Positions 38,140-57,900 of a stretch of 64,000 nt of DNA are shown piece after piece; the first letter of the stretch is position 1, and each line of letters begins with the position of its first letter. Source of the DNA: Eledone cirrhosa (taxonomy: Eukaryota); NCBI GenBank assembly GCA_964016885.1, contig OZ024745.1, positions 15,686,001 through 15,750,000 of the forward strand, written 5' to 3'. The position numbers were made by a program, and so were the translations under genes. The notes below the pieces were generated by a model, which saw only the letters and a list, made by a program, of their open reading frames with translations, was not told the DNA's origin and searched no databases.

Positions 38140-38430
38140 GACACTGCACAGCAGGTCCCAACACAGAAGAGCCGAACTTCTACTGTCATCGCATCCATCT
38201 CTCTCGCCCTCCCCATCTCTCTATATTATGAGCAAATGGGATCCCACGTGCTGGCCTCCCCACGGTGGTCCCGGCGGACAGAATGGAGAAGGCATTTCCC
38301 CGGCGGATGGTAAGGGATATGCGCTGGAAGAACCATTCCATCTCGCGAGGCTCACACCTGCGGCTAGCCAGCTCAGTGCCTATGGTGGTAAGTAGGGGGG
38401 TAGCCCTAGGGCTAAGGGACACCAGAAGTT
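38140..38430 (-). mobile_element. C-terminal fragment of an RLE-type (CRE-like) non-LTR retrotransposon
   Basis: IGTELASRRCEPREMEWFFQRISLTIRRGNAFSIL resembles the CRE-clade terminal motif L.QR.S.AIQRGNA..IL. Confidence 0.6.
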
Positions 38431-38861
38431 TCTTACTGCTAGGGGCTCGACCGCAAACCTGTCGGAGAGCAACCGATTTTGTTAGGTTCGACTGTCTCTT
38501 CTTTTATTGGTTAACCTCTGTGGGGTAAAATATAAATCGACTCCTTTGAGGAGAGCAGAGTAAAGTGAAATATCTAACAGGGTAAGACATATTAGTCTAG
38601 TCACACACACACACACACACACATGTATTCTTCCTTAGATATATGTTTGTGTTTTTCTGTGTGTGCGGACACATGTCAACACAAACACATGCAATACTTA
38701 TATGTACTTATGTCTACTTCAACGTACAACATATCTCCCCTTCCTATTATATATATGTAGGTCAATACTGTCTGCTTGTCTTCTCTTCTGTTTCATGACC
38801 TCTGGGGGTCACTAACCCACATACAGTATATTTGTCAGAATCTAAACAGAGATTATTTTAG

Positions 38862-38904
<43 letters not shown>

Positions 38905-38974
38905 GAGAGAGAGGGAGAGAGGGAGAGAGAGAGTGAGAATGAGAGAGCGACAGTAAATACAGTAAATACAGTGT

Positions 38975-39417
38975 TATGTCCCTTTACGTCCTGAGTTCAA
39001 ATCCCGCCAAGGTTAGCTCTGCTTTTTCATCCTTACGAAGTCGATAAAATGCGCTGGGGTCGATTTAATCTACCCCCTCCCCCCCCCCCCCCTACCACAA
39101 ATTGCTAGCCTTGTGCCTAATTCTAAGGGCGTGGATTGGCAGTATCAGTAGAGGGTCGGACGCCATGCTTTCCAGCATAGTTACGTCCCTTTACGATCTG
39201 AGTTCAAATCCCGCCGAGGTTGACTTTGCCTTTCATCCTTACGGGGTCGATAAAGAAAGTACCAGTAATGCACTGCGTATTTGCTGGCCTTGTGCCTAAA
39301 GTAGAAACAATTATTATTATTATTATTATTACAGTTGCATTTATCTTGCTTTATGTTCATACGAGTTATCACCAAGTCACAACCAGTGACCTCAAGAGAC
39401 AACAAGGTCCGCCAAGT

Positions 39418-39469
<52 letters not shown>

Positions 39470-39700
39470 TGGCCGTGGATTGGCAGTTTCAGTAGAGCGT
39501 CGGACAGGACATGCTTTGCAGCATAGCGTTACATCCCTTTACAACCTGTGTTCAAATCCTGCTGAGGTGAGCTTTGCCTTTCCTCCTTACGAGGTTGATA
39601 AAATAAAGTACCAGTAACGCATTGGGGTCGACTTAATCGACTCCCACCCCCCACGAAAAATTGCTAGCCTTGTACCTAAATGTGAAACCATTATTATTAC
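38975..39700 (+). mobile_element. Cluster of three tandem SINE copies with (TAT)n tails
   Basis: gttcaaatcc(c/t)gc at ~38995, ~39202, ~39550; heads cgtggattggcagt at ~39130 and ~39474; ccttgt(g/a)cctaaa 3' ends. Confidence 0.85.
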
Positions 39701-39711
39701 TGTCGACCAAC

Positions 39712-39763
<52 letters not shown>

Positions 39764-39934
39764 CTGTCTCTATAAATTAAGGGGTTTCTCAAGGTTTCGT
39801 TACTAGTTATCTAAAAAGGAGTCAGTCGTTATATTACTGACGATGAGCTGATATAACTGAGAAGAAACATTTGAATGGATTGTTCTTAACTTTAAGTAGG
39901 TCAATGAATTGTAGCTTTCTTTCATATGACTACC

Positions 39935-42900
39935 ACATATACACATACATACATAGATATACACATACATACACATATATACACAGACATACACAGATAT
40001 AGACAGACATACACAGATATACATAGACATACATAGACATACACATACATACACAGACACACACAGACATACACATAATACACATAATACACAGATATAC
40101 ACAGATATACACAGATATACACAGACATACACAGACATACACAGACATACACAGACATACACAGATATACACAGATATACACAGACATACACAGATATAC
40201 ACAGACATACACAGACATACACAGATATACACAGACATACACAACACACACAGACACACACAGACACACACAGACATACATAGATATACACAGACATACA
40301 TAGATATACACAGACATACACATACATACATAGACATACACAGACATACACAGATATACACAGATATACACAGACATACATAGATATACACAGACATACA
40401 CATACATACATAAACATACACAGACATACACAGACATACACAGATATATACAGACATACACAGATATACACAGACATACACAGATATACACAGACATACA
40501 CAGACATACACAGGCATACACAGATATACACAGACATACACAGACACACACAGATATATACAGACATACACAGATATATACAGACATACACATACATACA
40601 CATACACACACATACATACACAGACATACACAGATATACACAGACATACACAGATATACACAGACATACACAGATATACACAGATATACACAGACATACA
40701 CAGACATACATAGATATACACAGATATAAACAGATATACACAGACATACACAGACATATACACAGATATACACAGATATACACAGACATACATAGACATA
40801 CACAGACATACACAGACATACACAGATATACACAGACATGCACAGACATACACATACATACACATACATACACATACATACATAGACATACACAGACATA
40901 CACAGACATACACAGACATATACAGACATACACAGACATACACAGATATACACATACATACACAGACATACACAGACATACACAGACATACACAGACATA
41001 CACAGATATACACATACATACACAGATATACACAGACATACACAGACATACACAGGCATACACAGATATATACAGACATACACAGATATACACAGACATA
41101 CACAGACACACACAGACACACACAGACATACACAGACATACACAGACACACACAGACACACACAGACATACACAGATATACACAGACATACAGAGACATA
41201 CACAGACATACACAGATATACACAGATATACACAGACATACACAGACATACACAGACATACACAGACATACACAGACAGACACAGACATACAGACACACA
41301 CAGACATACACAGATATACACAGACATACACAGACATATACAGACATACACAGACATACATAGATATACACAGACATACACAGACACACACAGACATACA
41401 CAGACATACACAGATATACACAGGCATACACAGATATACATAGACATACACAGACATATACAGACATACACAGATATACACAGACATACACAGACATACA
41501 CAGATATACACAGACATACACAGACATACACAGACATACACAGATATACACAGATATACATAGATATACACAGACATACACAGACATACACAGACAAACA
41601 CAGACATACACAGACATACACAGACATACACAGACATACACAGATATACACAGACATACACAGATATACACAGATATACACAGACATACACAGACATATA
41701 CAGATATACACAGACACACACAGACATACACAAGTATACACAGATATACACAGACATACACATACATATCCAGAAATACACAGGCATACACAGACATACA
41801 CATACATACACAGATATACACAGACACACACAGACAGACACAGACATACACAGATATACACAGATATACACAGATATACACAGATATACACAGACATACA
41901 CAGACATACACAGACATACATAGACATACATAGACATACACAGAGATATACACAGAGATATACACAGATATACACAAATATACACAGATATACACAGATA
42001 TACACAGATATACACAGACATACACAGACATACACAGACATACACAGACATACACAGAAATACACAGACATACACAGATATACACAGATATACACAGACA
42101 TACACAGATATACACAGATATACACAGACATACACAGATATACACAGACAGACACAGACAGACACAGACATACACAGACATACACAGACATACACATATA
42201 TACACAGACATACACAGACATACACAGGCATACACAGATATACACAGACATACACAGACATACACAGACATACACAGACATACACAGATATACACATACA
42301 TAACCAGATATACACAGACATACACAGACATACACAGACATACACAGATATACATAGATATACACAGACATACACAGATATACACAGACATACACAGATA
42401 TACACAGATATACACAGGCATACACAGACACACACAGACACACACAAACATACACAGACTTTCACAGACATAGACAGACATACACAGACATACACAGACA
42501 TACATAGACATACACAGACATACATAGACATACACAGATATACACAGACATACACAGACATACACAGATATACACAGACATACACAGGCATACACAGACA
42601 TACACAGACATACACAGACATACACAGACATACACAGACATACACAGATATACACAGATATACACAGACATACACAGACATACACAGATATACACAGACA
42701 TACACATACATACCCAGATATACACAGACATACACAGACAGACACAGACATACACAGATATACACAGGCATACACAGATATACACAGACATACACAGACA
42801 TACACAGACATACACAGACATACACAGACATACACAGACATACCCAGATATACACAGACATACACAGACATACACAGACATACACAGATATACACATACA

Positions 42901-45900
42901 TACAGAGATATACACAGACATACACAGATATACACAGATATACACAGATATACACAGACATACACAGATATACACAGATATACACAGATATACACAGATA
43001 TACACAGACATACACATACATACATAGATATACACAGACAGACACAGACATATACAGATATACACAGACATACACAGACATGCACAGACATACACAGACA
43101 TACACAGACATACACAGATATACACAGATATACACAGACATACACAAATATACACAGACAGACACAGACACACCCACAGGCATACACAGATATACACAGA
43201 CATACACAGATATACACAGATATACACAGACATACACAGACATACACAGACATACACAGACATACACAGACATACACAGACATATACAGAAATACACAGA
43301 CATACACAGACATACACATATATACACAGACATACACAGACATACACAGACATACACAGACATACACAGATATACACAGATATACACAGACATACACAGA
43401 TATACACAGATATACACAGACATACACAGATATACACAGACAGACACAGACAGACACAGACATACACAGACATACACAGACATACACATATATACACAGA
43501 CATACACAGACATACACAGACATACATAGATATACACAGACATACACAGACATACACAGAAATACACAGATATACACAGACATACACAGATATACACAGA
43601 TATACACAGACATACACAGACATACACATACATACACAGACACATAGACATACACAGATATACACAGACATACACAGACATACACAGATATACACAGACA
43701 TACACAGACATACACAGACATACACAGACACACCCACAGACATACACAGATATACAAAGACATACACAGATATACACAGATATACACAGACATACACAGA
43801 TATACACAGACATACACAGACATACACAGACATACACAGACATACACAGATATACATAGATATACACGGACATACACAGATATACACAGACATACACAGA
43901 TATACACAGATATACACAGGCATACACAGACACACACAGACACACACAAACATACACAGACATACACAGACATAGACAGACATACACAGACATACACAGA
44001 CATACATAGACATACACAGACATACATAGACATACACAGATATACACAGACATACACAGGCATACACAGACATACACAGACATACACAGACATACACAGA
44101 CATACACAGGCATACACAGATATACACAGACATACACAGACATACACAGATATACACAGATATACACAGACATACACAGACATACACAGATATACACAGA
44201 CATACACATACATACCCAGATATACACAGACATACACAGACAGACACAGACATACACAGATATACACAGGCATACACAGATATACACAGACATACACAGA
44301 CATACACAGATATACACAGACATACACAGACATACACAGACATACCCAGATATACACAGACATACACAGACATACACAGACATACACAGATATACACATA
44401 CATACCCAGATATACACAGACATACACAGACATACACAGACATACACAGATATACATAGATATACACAGACATACACAGATATACACAGACATACACAGA
44501 TATACACAGATATACACAGGCATACACAGACACACACAGACACACACAAACATACACAGACTTTCACAGACATAGACAGACATACACAGACATACACAGA
44601 CATACATAGACATACACAGACATACATAGACATACACAGATATACACAGACATACACAGACATACACAGATATACACAGACATACACAGGCATACACAGA
44701 CATACACAGACATACACAGACATATACAGACATACACAGGCATACACAGATATACACAGACATACACAGAAATACCCAGATATACACAGATATACACAGA
44801 CATACACAGACATACACAGATATACAGAGACATACACATACATACCCAGATATACACAGACATACACAGACAGACACAGACATACACATATATACACAGG
44901 CATACACAGATATACACAGACATACACATACATACACAGATATACACAGACATACACAGACATACACAGACATACCCAGATATACACAGACATACACAGA
45001 CATACACAGACATACACAGATATACACATACATGCCCAGATATACACAGACATACACAGATATACACAGATATACACAGATATACACAGACATACACAGA
45101 CATACACAGATATACACAGATATACACAGATATACACAGATATACACAGACATACACATACATACATAGATATACAGACAGACACAGACATATACAGATA
45201 TACACAGACTTACACAGACATGCACAGACATACACAGACATACACAGACATACACAGATATACACAGATATACACAGACATACACAAATATACACAGACA
45301 GACACAGACACACCCACAGACATACACAGATATACACAGACATACACAGATATACACAGATATACACAGACATACACAGACATACACAGACATACACAGA
45401 CATACACAGACATACACAGACATATACAGAAATACACAGACATACATAGACATATACAGACATACACAGACATACACAGATATACACAGATATACACAGA
45501 CATACACAGATATACACAGATATACACAGACATACACAGACATACACATACATACACAGACACATAGACATACACAGATATACACAGACATACACAGACA
45601 TACACAGATATACACAGACATACACAGACATACACAGACATACACAGACACACCCACAGACATACACAGATATACAAAGACATACACAGATATACACAGA
45701 TATACACAGATATACACAGACATACACAGATATACACAGACATACACAGACATACACATGCATACACAGACATACACAGATATACATAGATATACACAGA
45801 CATACACAGATATACACAGACATACACAGATATACACAGATATACACAGGCATGCACAGACACACACAGACACACACAAACATACACAGACATACACAGA

Positions 45901-48900
45901 CATAGACAGACATACACAGACATACACAGACATACATAGACATACACAGACATACATAGACATACACAGATACACACAGACATACACAGACATACACAGA
46001 TATACACAGACATACACAGGCATACCCAGACATACACAGACATACACAGACATACACAGACATACACAGGCATACACAGATATACCCAGACATACACAGA
46101 CATACACAGATATACACAGATATACACAGACATACACAGACATACACAGATATACACAGACATACACATACATACCCAGATATACACAGACATACACAGA
46201 CAGACACAGACATACACAGATATACACAGGCATACACAGATATACACAGACATACACAGACATACACAGATATACACAGACATACACAGACATACACAGA
46301 CATACCCAGATATACACAGACATACACAGACATACACAGACATACACAGATATACACATACATACCCAGATATACACAGACATACAACACAGACATACAC
46401 AGACATACACAGATATACATAGATATACACAGACATACACAGATATACACAGACATACACAGATATACACAGATATACACAGGCATACACAGACACACAC
46501 AGACACACACAAACATACACAGACTTTCACAGACATAGACAGACATACACAGACATACACAGACATACATAGACATACACAGATATACCCAGACATACAC
46601 AGACATACACAGTATACACAGACATACACAGGCATACACAGACATACACAGACATACACAGACATACACAGACATACACAGGCATACACAGATATACACA
46701 GACATACACAGACATACACAGATATACACAGATATACACAGACATACACAGACATACACAGATATACACAGACATACACATACATACCCAGATATACACA
46801 GACATACACAGACAGACACAGACATACACAGATATACACAGGCATACACAGATATACACAGACATACACAGATATACACAGATATACACAGACATACACA
46901 GACATACACAGACATACCCAGATATACACAGACATACACAGACATACACAGACATACACAGATATACACATACATACCCAGATATACACAGACATACACA
47001 GATATACACAGATATACACAGATATACACAGACATACACAGATATACACAGATATACACAGATATACACAGATATACACAGACATACACATACATACATA
47101 GATATACACAGACAGACACAGACATATACAGATATACACAGACATACACAGACATGCACAGACATACACAGACATACACAGACATACACAGATATACACA
47201 GATATACACAGACATACACAAATATACACAGATATACACAGACATACACAGACATACACAGACATACACAGACATACACAGACATACACAGACATACACA
47301 GACATATACAGAAATACACAGACATACATAGACATATACAGACATACACAGACATACACAGATATACACAGATATACACAGACATACACAGATATACACA
47401 GATATACACAGACATACACAGACATACACATACATACACAGACACACATAGACATACACAGATATACACAGACATACACAGACATACACAGATATACACA
47501 GACATACACAGACATACACAGACATACACAGACACACCCACAGACATACACAGATATACAAAGACATACACAGATATACACAGATATACACAGACATACA
47601 CAGACATACACAGACATACACAGAAATACACAGACATACATAGACATACACAGACATACACAGACATACACAGACATACACAGACACACACATACATACA
47701 CAGATATACACAGACATACACAGGCATACACAGATATACATAGATATACACAGACATACACAGATATACACAGATATACACAGACATACACAAATATACA
47801 CAGGCATACACAGACACACACAGACACACACAGACACACCCACAGACATACACAGATATACAGAGATATACACAGGCATACACAGACATATATAGACATA
47901 CACAGACACACACAGACATACACAGACATACACAGACACACACAGACATACACAGACATACACAGCCATACACAGATATACACAGATATACACAGATATA
48001 CACAGACATACACAGACATACACAGACATACACAGATATACACAGACTTACACAGACATACACAGATATACACAGATATACACATACATACACAGATATA
48101 TACAAGTATACACAGGCATACACGGACATACACAGACATACACAAATATACACAGATATACAAAGACATACACAGGCATACACAGATATACATAGACATA
48201 CACAGATATACACAGACATACACAGGCATACACAGATATACATAGACATACACAGATATACACAGACGTACACAGATATACACAGATATACACAGATATA
48301 CACAGATATACACAGATATACACAGACATACACAGATATACACAGACATACACAGACATACACAGATATACACAGATATACACAGGCATACACAGATATA
48401 CACAGCCATACACAGACATACACAGCCATACAGAGACATACACAAATATACACAGATATACACAGACATACACAGACATGCACAGATATACACAGACATA
48501 CACATATATACACAGACATACACAGACATACACAGATATACACAGATATACACAGATATACACAGACATACACATACATACACAGACATACACAGACATA
48601 CACAGAAATACACAGATATACACAGACATACACAGACATACACAGTTATACACAGTTATACACAGACATACACAGTTATACACATACATACACAGACATA
48701 CACATACATACACAGACACACACAGACATACACAGATATACACAGACATACACAGACATACACAGATATACATAGATATACACAGACATACACAGATATA
48801 CATAGATATACACAGACATACACAGATATACACAGACATACACAGATATACACAGATATACACAGACATACACAAATATACACAGGCATACACAGACACA

Positions 48901-51900
48901 CACAGACACACCCACAGACATACACAGATATACAGAGATATACACAGACATACACAGATATACACAGATATACACAGATATACACAGACATACACAGACA
49001 TACACAGACATACACAGATATACACAGACATACACAGACACACACAGACACACACAGACATACACAGATATACACAGACATACAGAGACATACACAGACA
49101 TACACAGATATACACAGATATACACAGACAGACACAGACATACAGACACACACAGACATACACAGATATACACAGACATACACAGACATATACAGACATA
49201 CACAGACATACATAGATATACACAGACATACACAGACACACACAGACATACACAGACATACACAGATATACACAGGCATACACAGATATACATAGACATA
49301 CACAGACATATACAGACATACACAGATATACACAGACATACACAGACATACACAGACATATACAGACATACACAGATATACACAGACATACACAGACATA
49401 CACAGATATACACAGACATACACAGACATACACAGACATACACAGATATACACAGATATACATAGATATACACAGACATACACAGACATACACAGACAAA
49501 CACAGACATACACAGACATACACAGACATACACAGACATACACAGATATACACAGACATACACAGATATACACAGATATACACAGACATACACAGACATA
49601 TACAGATATACACAGACACACACAGACATACACAAGTATACACAGATATACACAGACATACACATACATATCCAGAAATACACAGGCATACACAGACATA
49701 CACATACATACACAGATATACACAGACACACACAGACAGACACAGACATACACAGATATACACAGATATACACAGATATACACAGATATACACAGACATA
49801 CACAGACATACACAGACATACATAGACATACATAGACATACACAGAGATATACACAGAGATATACACAGATATACACAAATATACACAGATATACACAGA
49901 TATACACAGATATACACAGACATACACAGACATACACAGACATACACAGACATACACAGAAATACACAGACATACACAGATATACACAGATATACACAGA
50001 CATACACAGATATACACAGATATACACAGACATACACAGATATACACAGACAGACACAGACAGACACAGACATACACAGACATACACAGACATACACATA
50101 TATACACAGACATACACAGACATACACAGGCATACACAGATATACACAGACATACACAGACATACACAGACATACACAGACATACACAGATATACACATA
50201 CATAACCAGATATACACAGACATACACAGACATACACAGACATACACAGATATACATAGATATACACAGACATACACAGATATACACAGACATACACAGA
50301 TATACACAGATATACACAGGCATACACAGACACACACAGACACACACAAACATACACAGACTTTCACAGACATAGACAGACATACACAGACATACACAGA
50401 CATACACAGACATACACAGATATACACAGACATACACAGGCATACACAGACATACACAGACATACACAGACATACACAGACATACACAGACATACACAGA
50501 TATACACAGATATACACAGACATACACAGACATACACAGATATACACAGACATACACATACATACCCAGATATACACAGACATACACAGACAGACACAGA
50601 CATACACAGATATACACAGGCATACACAGATATACACAGACATACACAGACATACACAGACATACACAGACATACACAGACATACACAGACATACCCAGA
50701 TATACACAGACATACACAGACATACACAGACATACACAGATATACACATACATACAGAGATATACACAGACATACACAGATATACACAGATATACACAGA
50801 TATACACAGACATACACAGATATACACAGATATACACAGATATACACAGATATACACAGACATACACATACATACATAGATATACACAGACAGACACAGA
50901 CATATACAGATATACACAGACATACACAGACATGCACAGACATACACAGACATACACAGACATACACAGATATACACAGATATACACAGACATACACAAA
51001 TATACACAGACAGACACAGACACACCCACAGGCATACACAGATATACACAGACATACACAGATATACACAGATATACACAGACATACACAGACATACACA
51101 GACATACACAGACATACACAGACATACACAGACATATACAGAAATACACAGACATACACAGACATACACATATATACACAGACATACACAGACATACACA
51201 GACATACACAGACATACACAGATATACACAGATATACACAGACATACACAGATATACACAGATATACACAGACATACACAGATATACACAGACAGACACA
51301 GACAGACACAGACATACACAGACATACACAGACATACACATATATACACAGACATACACAGACATACACAGACATACATAGATATACACAGACATACACA
51401 GACATACACAGAAATACACAGATATACACAGACATACACAGATATACACAGATATACACAGACATACACAGACATACACATACATACACAGACACATAGA
51501 CATACACAGATATACACAGACATACACAGACATACACAGATATACACAGACATACACAGACATACACAGACATACACAGACACACCCACAGACATACACA
51601 GATATACAAAGACATACACAGATATACACAGATATACACAGACATACACAGATATACACAGACATACACAGACATACACAGACATACACAGACATACACA
51701 GATATACATAGATATACACGGACATACACAGATATACACAGACATACACAGATATACACAGATATACACAGGCATACACAGACACACACAGACACACACA
51801 AACATACACAGACATACACAGACATAGACAGACATACACAGACATACACAGACATACATAGACATACACAGACATACATAGACATACACAGATATACACA

Positions 51901-54900
51901 GACATACACAGGCATACACAGACATACACAGACATACACAGACATACACAGACATACACAGGCATACACAGATATACACAGACATACACAGACATACACA
52001 GATATACACAGATATACACAGACATACACAGACATACACAGATATACACAGACATACACATACATACCCAGATATACACAGACATACACAGACAGACACA
52101 GACATACACAGATATACACAGGCATACACAGATATACACAGACATACACAGACATACACAGATATACACAGACATACACAGACATACACAGACATACCCA
52201 GATATACACAGACATACACAGACATACACAGACATACACAGATATACACATACATACCCAGATATACACAGACATACACAGACATACACAGACATACACA
52301 GATATACATAGATATACACAGACATACACAGATATACACAGACATACACAGATATACACAGATATACACAGGCATACACAGACACACACAGACACACACA
52401 AACATACACAGACTTTCACAGACATAGACAGACATACACAGACATACACAGACATACATAGACATACACAGACATACATAGACATACACAGATATACACA
52501 GACATACACAGACATACACAGATATACACAGACATACACAGGCATACACAGACATACACAGACATACACAGACATATACAGACATACACAGGCATACACA
52601 GATATACACAGACATACACAGAAATACCCAGATATACACAGATATACACAGACATACACAGACATACACAGATATACAGAGACATACACATACATACCCA
52701 GATATACACAGACATACACAGACAGACACAGACATACACATATATACACAGGCATACACAGATATACACAGACATACACATACATACACAGATATACACA
52801 GACATACACAGACATACACAGACATACCCAGATATACACAGACATACACAGACATACACAGACATACACAGATATACACATACATGCCCAGATATACACA
52901 GACATACACAGATATACACAGATATACACAGATATACACAGACATACACAGACATACACAGATATACACAGATATACACAGATATACACAGATATACACA
53001 GACATACACATACATACATAGATATACAGACAGACACAGACATATACAGATATACACAGACTTACACAGACATGCACAGACATACACAGACATACACAGA
53101 CATACACAGATATACACAGATATACACAGACATACACAAATATACACAGACAGACACAGACACACCCACAGACATACACAGATATACACAGACATACACA
53201 GATATACACAGATATACACAGACATACACAGACATACACAGACATACACAGACATACACAGACATACACAGACATATACAGAAATACACAGACATACATA
53301 GACATATACAGACATACACAGACATACACAGATATACACAGATATACACAGACATACACAGATATACACAGATATACACAGACATACACAGACATACACA
53401 TACATACACAGACACATAGACATACACAGATATACACAGACATACACAGACATACACAGATATACACAGACATACACAGACATACACAGACATACACAGA
53501 CACACCCACAGACATACACAGATATACAAAGACATACACAGATATACACAGATATACACAGATATACACAGACATACACAGATATACACAGACATACACA
53601 GACATACACATGCATACACAGACATACACAGATATACATAGATATACACAGACATACACAGATATACACAGACATACACAGATATACACAGATATACACA
53701 GGCATGCACAGACACACACAGACACACACAAACATACACAGACATACACAGACATAGACAGACATACACAGACATACACAGACATACATAGACATACACA
53801 GACATACATAGACATACACAGATACACACAGACATACACAGACATACACAGATATACACAGACATACACAGGCATACCCAGACATACACAGACATACACA
53901 GACATACACAGACATACACAGGCATACACAGATATACCCAGACATACACAGACATACACAGATATACACAGATATACACAGACATACACAGACATACACA
54001 GATATACACAGACATACACATACATACCCAGATATACACAGACATACACAGACAGACACAGACATACACAGATATACACAGGCATACACAGATATACACA
54101 GACATACACAGACATACACAGATATACACAGACATACACAGACATACACAGACATACCCAGATATACACAGACATACACAGACATACACAGACATACACA
54201 GATATACACATACATACCCAGATATACACAGACATACAACACAGACATACACAGACATACACAGATATACATAGATATACACAGACATACACAGATATAC
54301 ACAGACATACACAGATATACACAGATATACACAGGCATACACAGACACACACAGACACACACAAACATACACAGACTTTCACAGACATAGACAGACATAC
54401 ACAGACATACACAGACATACATAGACATACACAGATATACCCAGACATACACAGACATACACAGTATACACAGACATACACAGGCATACACAGACATACA
54501 CAGACATACACAGACATACACAGACATACACAGGCATACACAGATATACACAGACATACACAGACATACACAGATATACACAGATATACACAGACATACA
54601 CAGACATACACAGATATACACAGACATACACATACATACCCAGATATACACAGACATACACAGACAGACACAGACATACACAGATATACACAGGCATACA
54701 CAGATATACACAGACATACACAGATATACACAGATATACACAGACATACACAGACATACACAGACATACCCAGATATACACAGACATACACAGACATACA
54801 CAGACATACACAGATATACACATACATACCCAGATATACACAGACATACACAGATATACACAGATATACACAGATATACACAGACATACACAGATATACA

Positions 54901-57900
54901 CAGATATACACAGATATACACAGATATACACAGACATACACATACATACATAGATATACACAGACAGACACAGACATATACAGATATACACAGACATACA
55001 CAGACATGCACAGACATACACAGACATACACAGACATACACAGATATACACAGATATACACAGACATACACAAATATACACAGACAGACACAGACACACC
55101 CACAGACATACACAGATATACACAGACATACACAGATATACACAGATATACACAGACATACACAGACATACACAGACATACACAGACATACACAGACATA
55201 CACAGACATACACAGACATATACAGAAATACACAGACATACATAGACATATACAGACATACACAGACATACACAGATATACACAGATATACACAGACATA
55301 CACAGATATACACAGATATACACAGACATACACAGACATACACATACATACACAGACACACATAGACATACACAGATATACACAGACATACACAGACATA
55401 CACAGATATACACAGACATACACAGACATACACAGACATACACAGACACACCCACAGACATACACAGATATACAAAGACATACACAGATATACACAGATA
55501 TACACAGACATACACAGACATACACAGACATACACAGAAATACACAGACATACATAGACATACACAGACATACACAGACATACACAGACATACACAGACA
55601 CACACATACATACACAGATATACACAGACATACACAGGCATACACAGATATACATAGATATACACAGACATACACAGATATACACAGATATACACAGACA
55701 TACACAAATATACACAGGCATACACAGACACACACAGACACACACAGACACACCCACAGACATACACAGATATACAGAGATATACACAGGCATACACAGA
55801 CATATATAGACATACACAGACACACACAGACATACACAGACATACACAGACACACACAGACATACACAGACATACACAGCCATACACAGATATACACAGA
55901 TATACACAGATATACACAGACATACACAGACATACACAGACATACACAGATATACACAGACTTACACAGACATACACAGATATACACAGATATACACATA
56001 CATACACAGATATATACAAGTATACACAGGCATACACGGACATACACAGACATACACAAATATACACAGATATACAAAGACATACACAGGCATACACAGA
56101 TATACATAGACATACACAGATATACACAGACATACACAGGCATACACAGATATACATAGACATACACAGATATACACAGACGTACACAGATATACACAGA
56201 TATACACAGATATACACAGATATACACAGATATACACAGACATACACAGATATACACAGACATACACAGACATACACAGATATACACAGATATACACAGG
56301 CATACACAGATATACACAGCCATACACAGACATACACAGCCATACAGAGACATACACAAATATACACAGATATACACAGACATACACAGACATGCACAGA
56401 TATACACAGACATACACATATATACACAGACATACACAGACATACACAGATATACACAGATATACACAGATATACACAGACATACACATACATACACAGA
56501 CATACACAGACATACACAGAAATACACAGATATACACAGACATACACAGACATACACAGTTATACACAGTTATACACAGACATACACAGTTATACACATA
56601 CATACACAGACATACACATACATACACAGACACACACAGACATACACAGATATACACAGACATACACAGACATACACAGATATACATAGATATACACAGA
56701 CATACACAGATATACATAGATATACACAGACATACACAGATATACACAGACATACACAGATATACACAGATATACACAGACATACACAAATATACACAGG
56801 CATACACAGACACACACAGACACACCCACAGACATACACAGATATACAGAGATATACACAGACATACACAGATATACACAGATATACACAGATATACACA
56901 GACATACACAGACATACACAGACATACACAGATATACACAGACATACACAGATATACATAGATATACACAGACATACACAGATATACACAGACATACACA
57001 GATATACACAGATATACACAGACATACACAAATATACACAGGCATACACAGACACACACAGACACACCCACAGACATACACAGATATACAGAGATATACA
57101 CAGACATACACAGATATACACAGATATACACAGATATACACAGACATACACAGACATACACAGACATACACAGATATACACAGACTTACACAGACAGACA
57201 TACACAGATATACACAGATATACACATACATACACAGATATACACAAGTATACACAGGCATACACAGACATACACAGACATACACAAATATACACAGTAT
57301 ATCTGTGTATGTCTGTATACACAGACATACACAGATATACACAGATATACACAGATATATGCAGACATACACAGACATACACAGACATACACAGATATAC
57401 ACAGACATACACAGACATACACAGATATACACAGACATAAACAGACATATACAGATATACACAGACATACACAGATATACACAGACATACACAGACATAC
57501 ACAGACATACACAGATATACACAGATATACACAGACATACACAGACATACACAGACATACACAGATATACACAGACATACACAGACATACATAGACATAC
57601 ATAGACATACACAGACATACACAGATATACATAGACATACACAGACATACACAGATATACACAGGCATACACAGATATACACAGACATACACAGACATAC
57701 ACAGGTATACACAGATATACACAGACATACACAGACATACACAGACATACACAGGCATACACAGATATACACATATATACACAGACATACACAGACATAC
57801 CCAGATATACACAGACATACACAGACATACACGACATACACAGACATACACAGATATACACAGACATACACAGACATACACAGACATACACAGACATACA

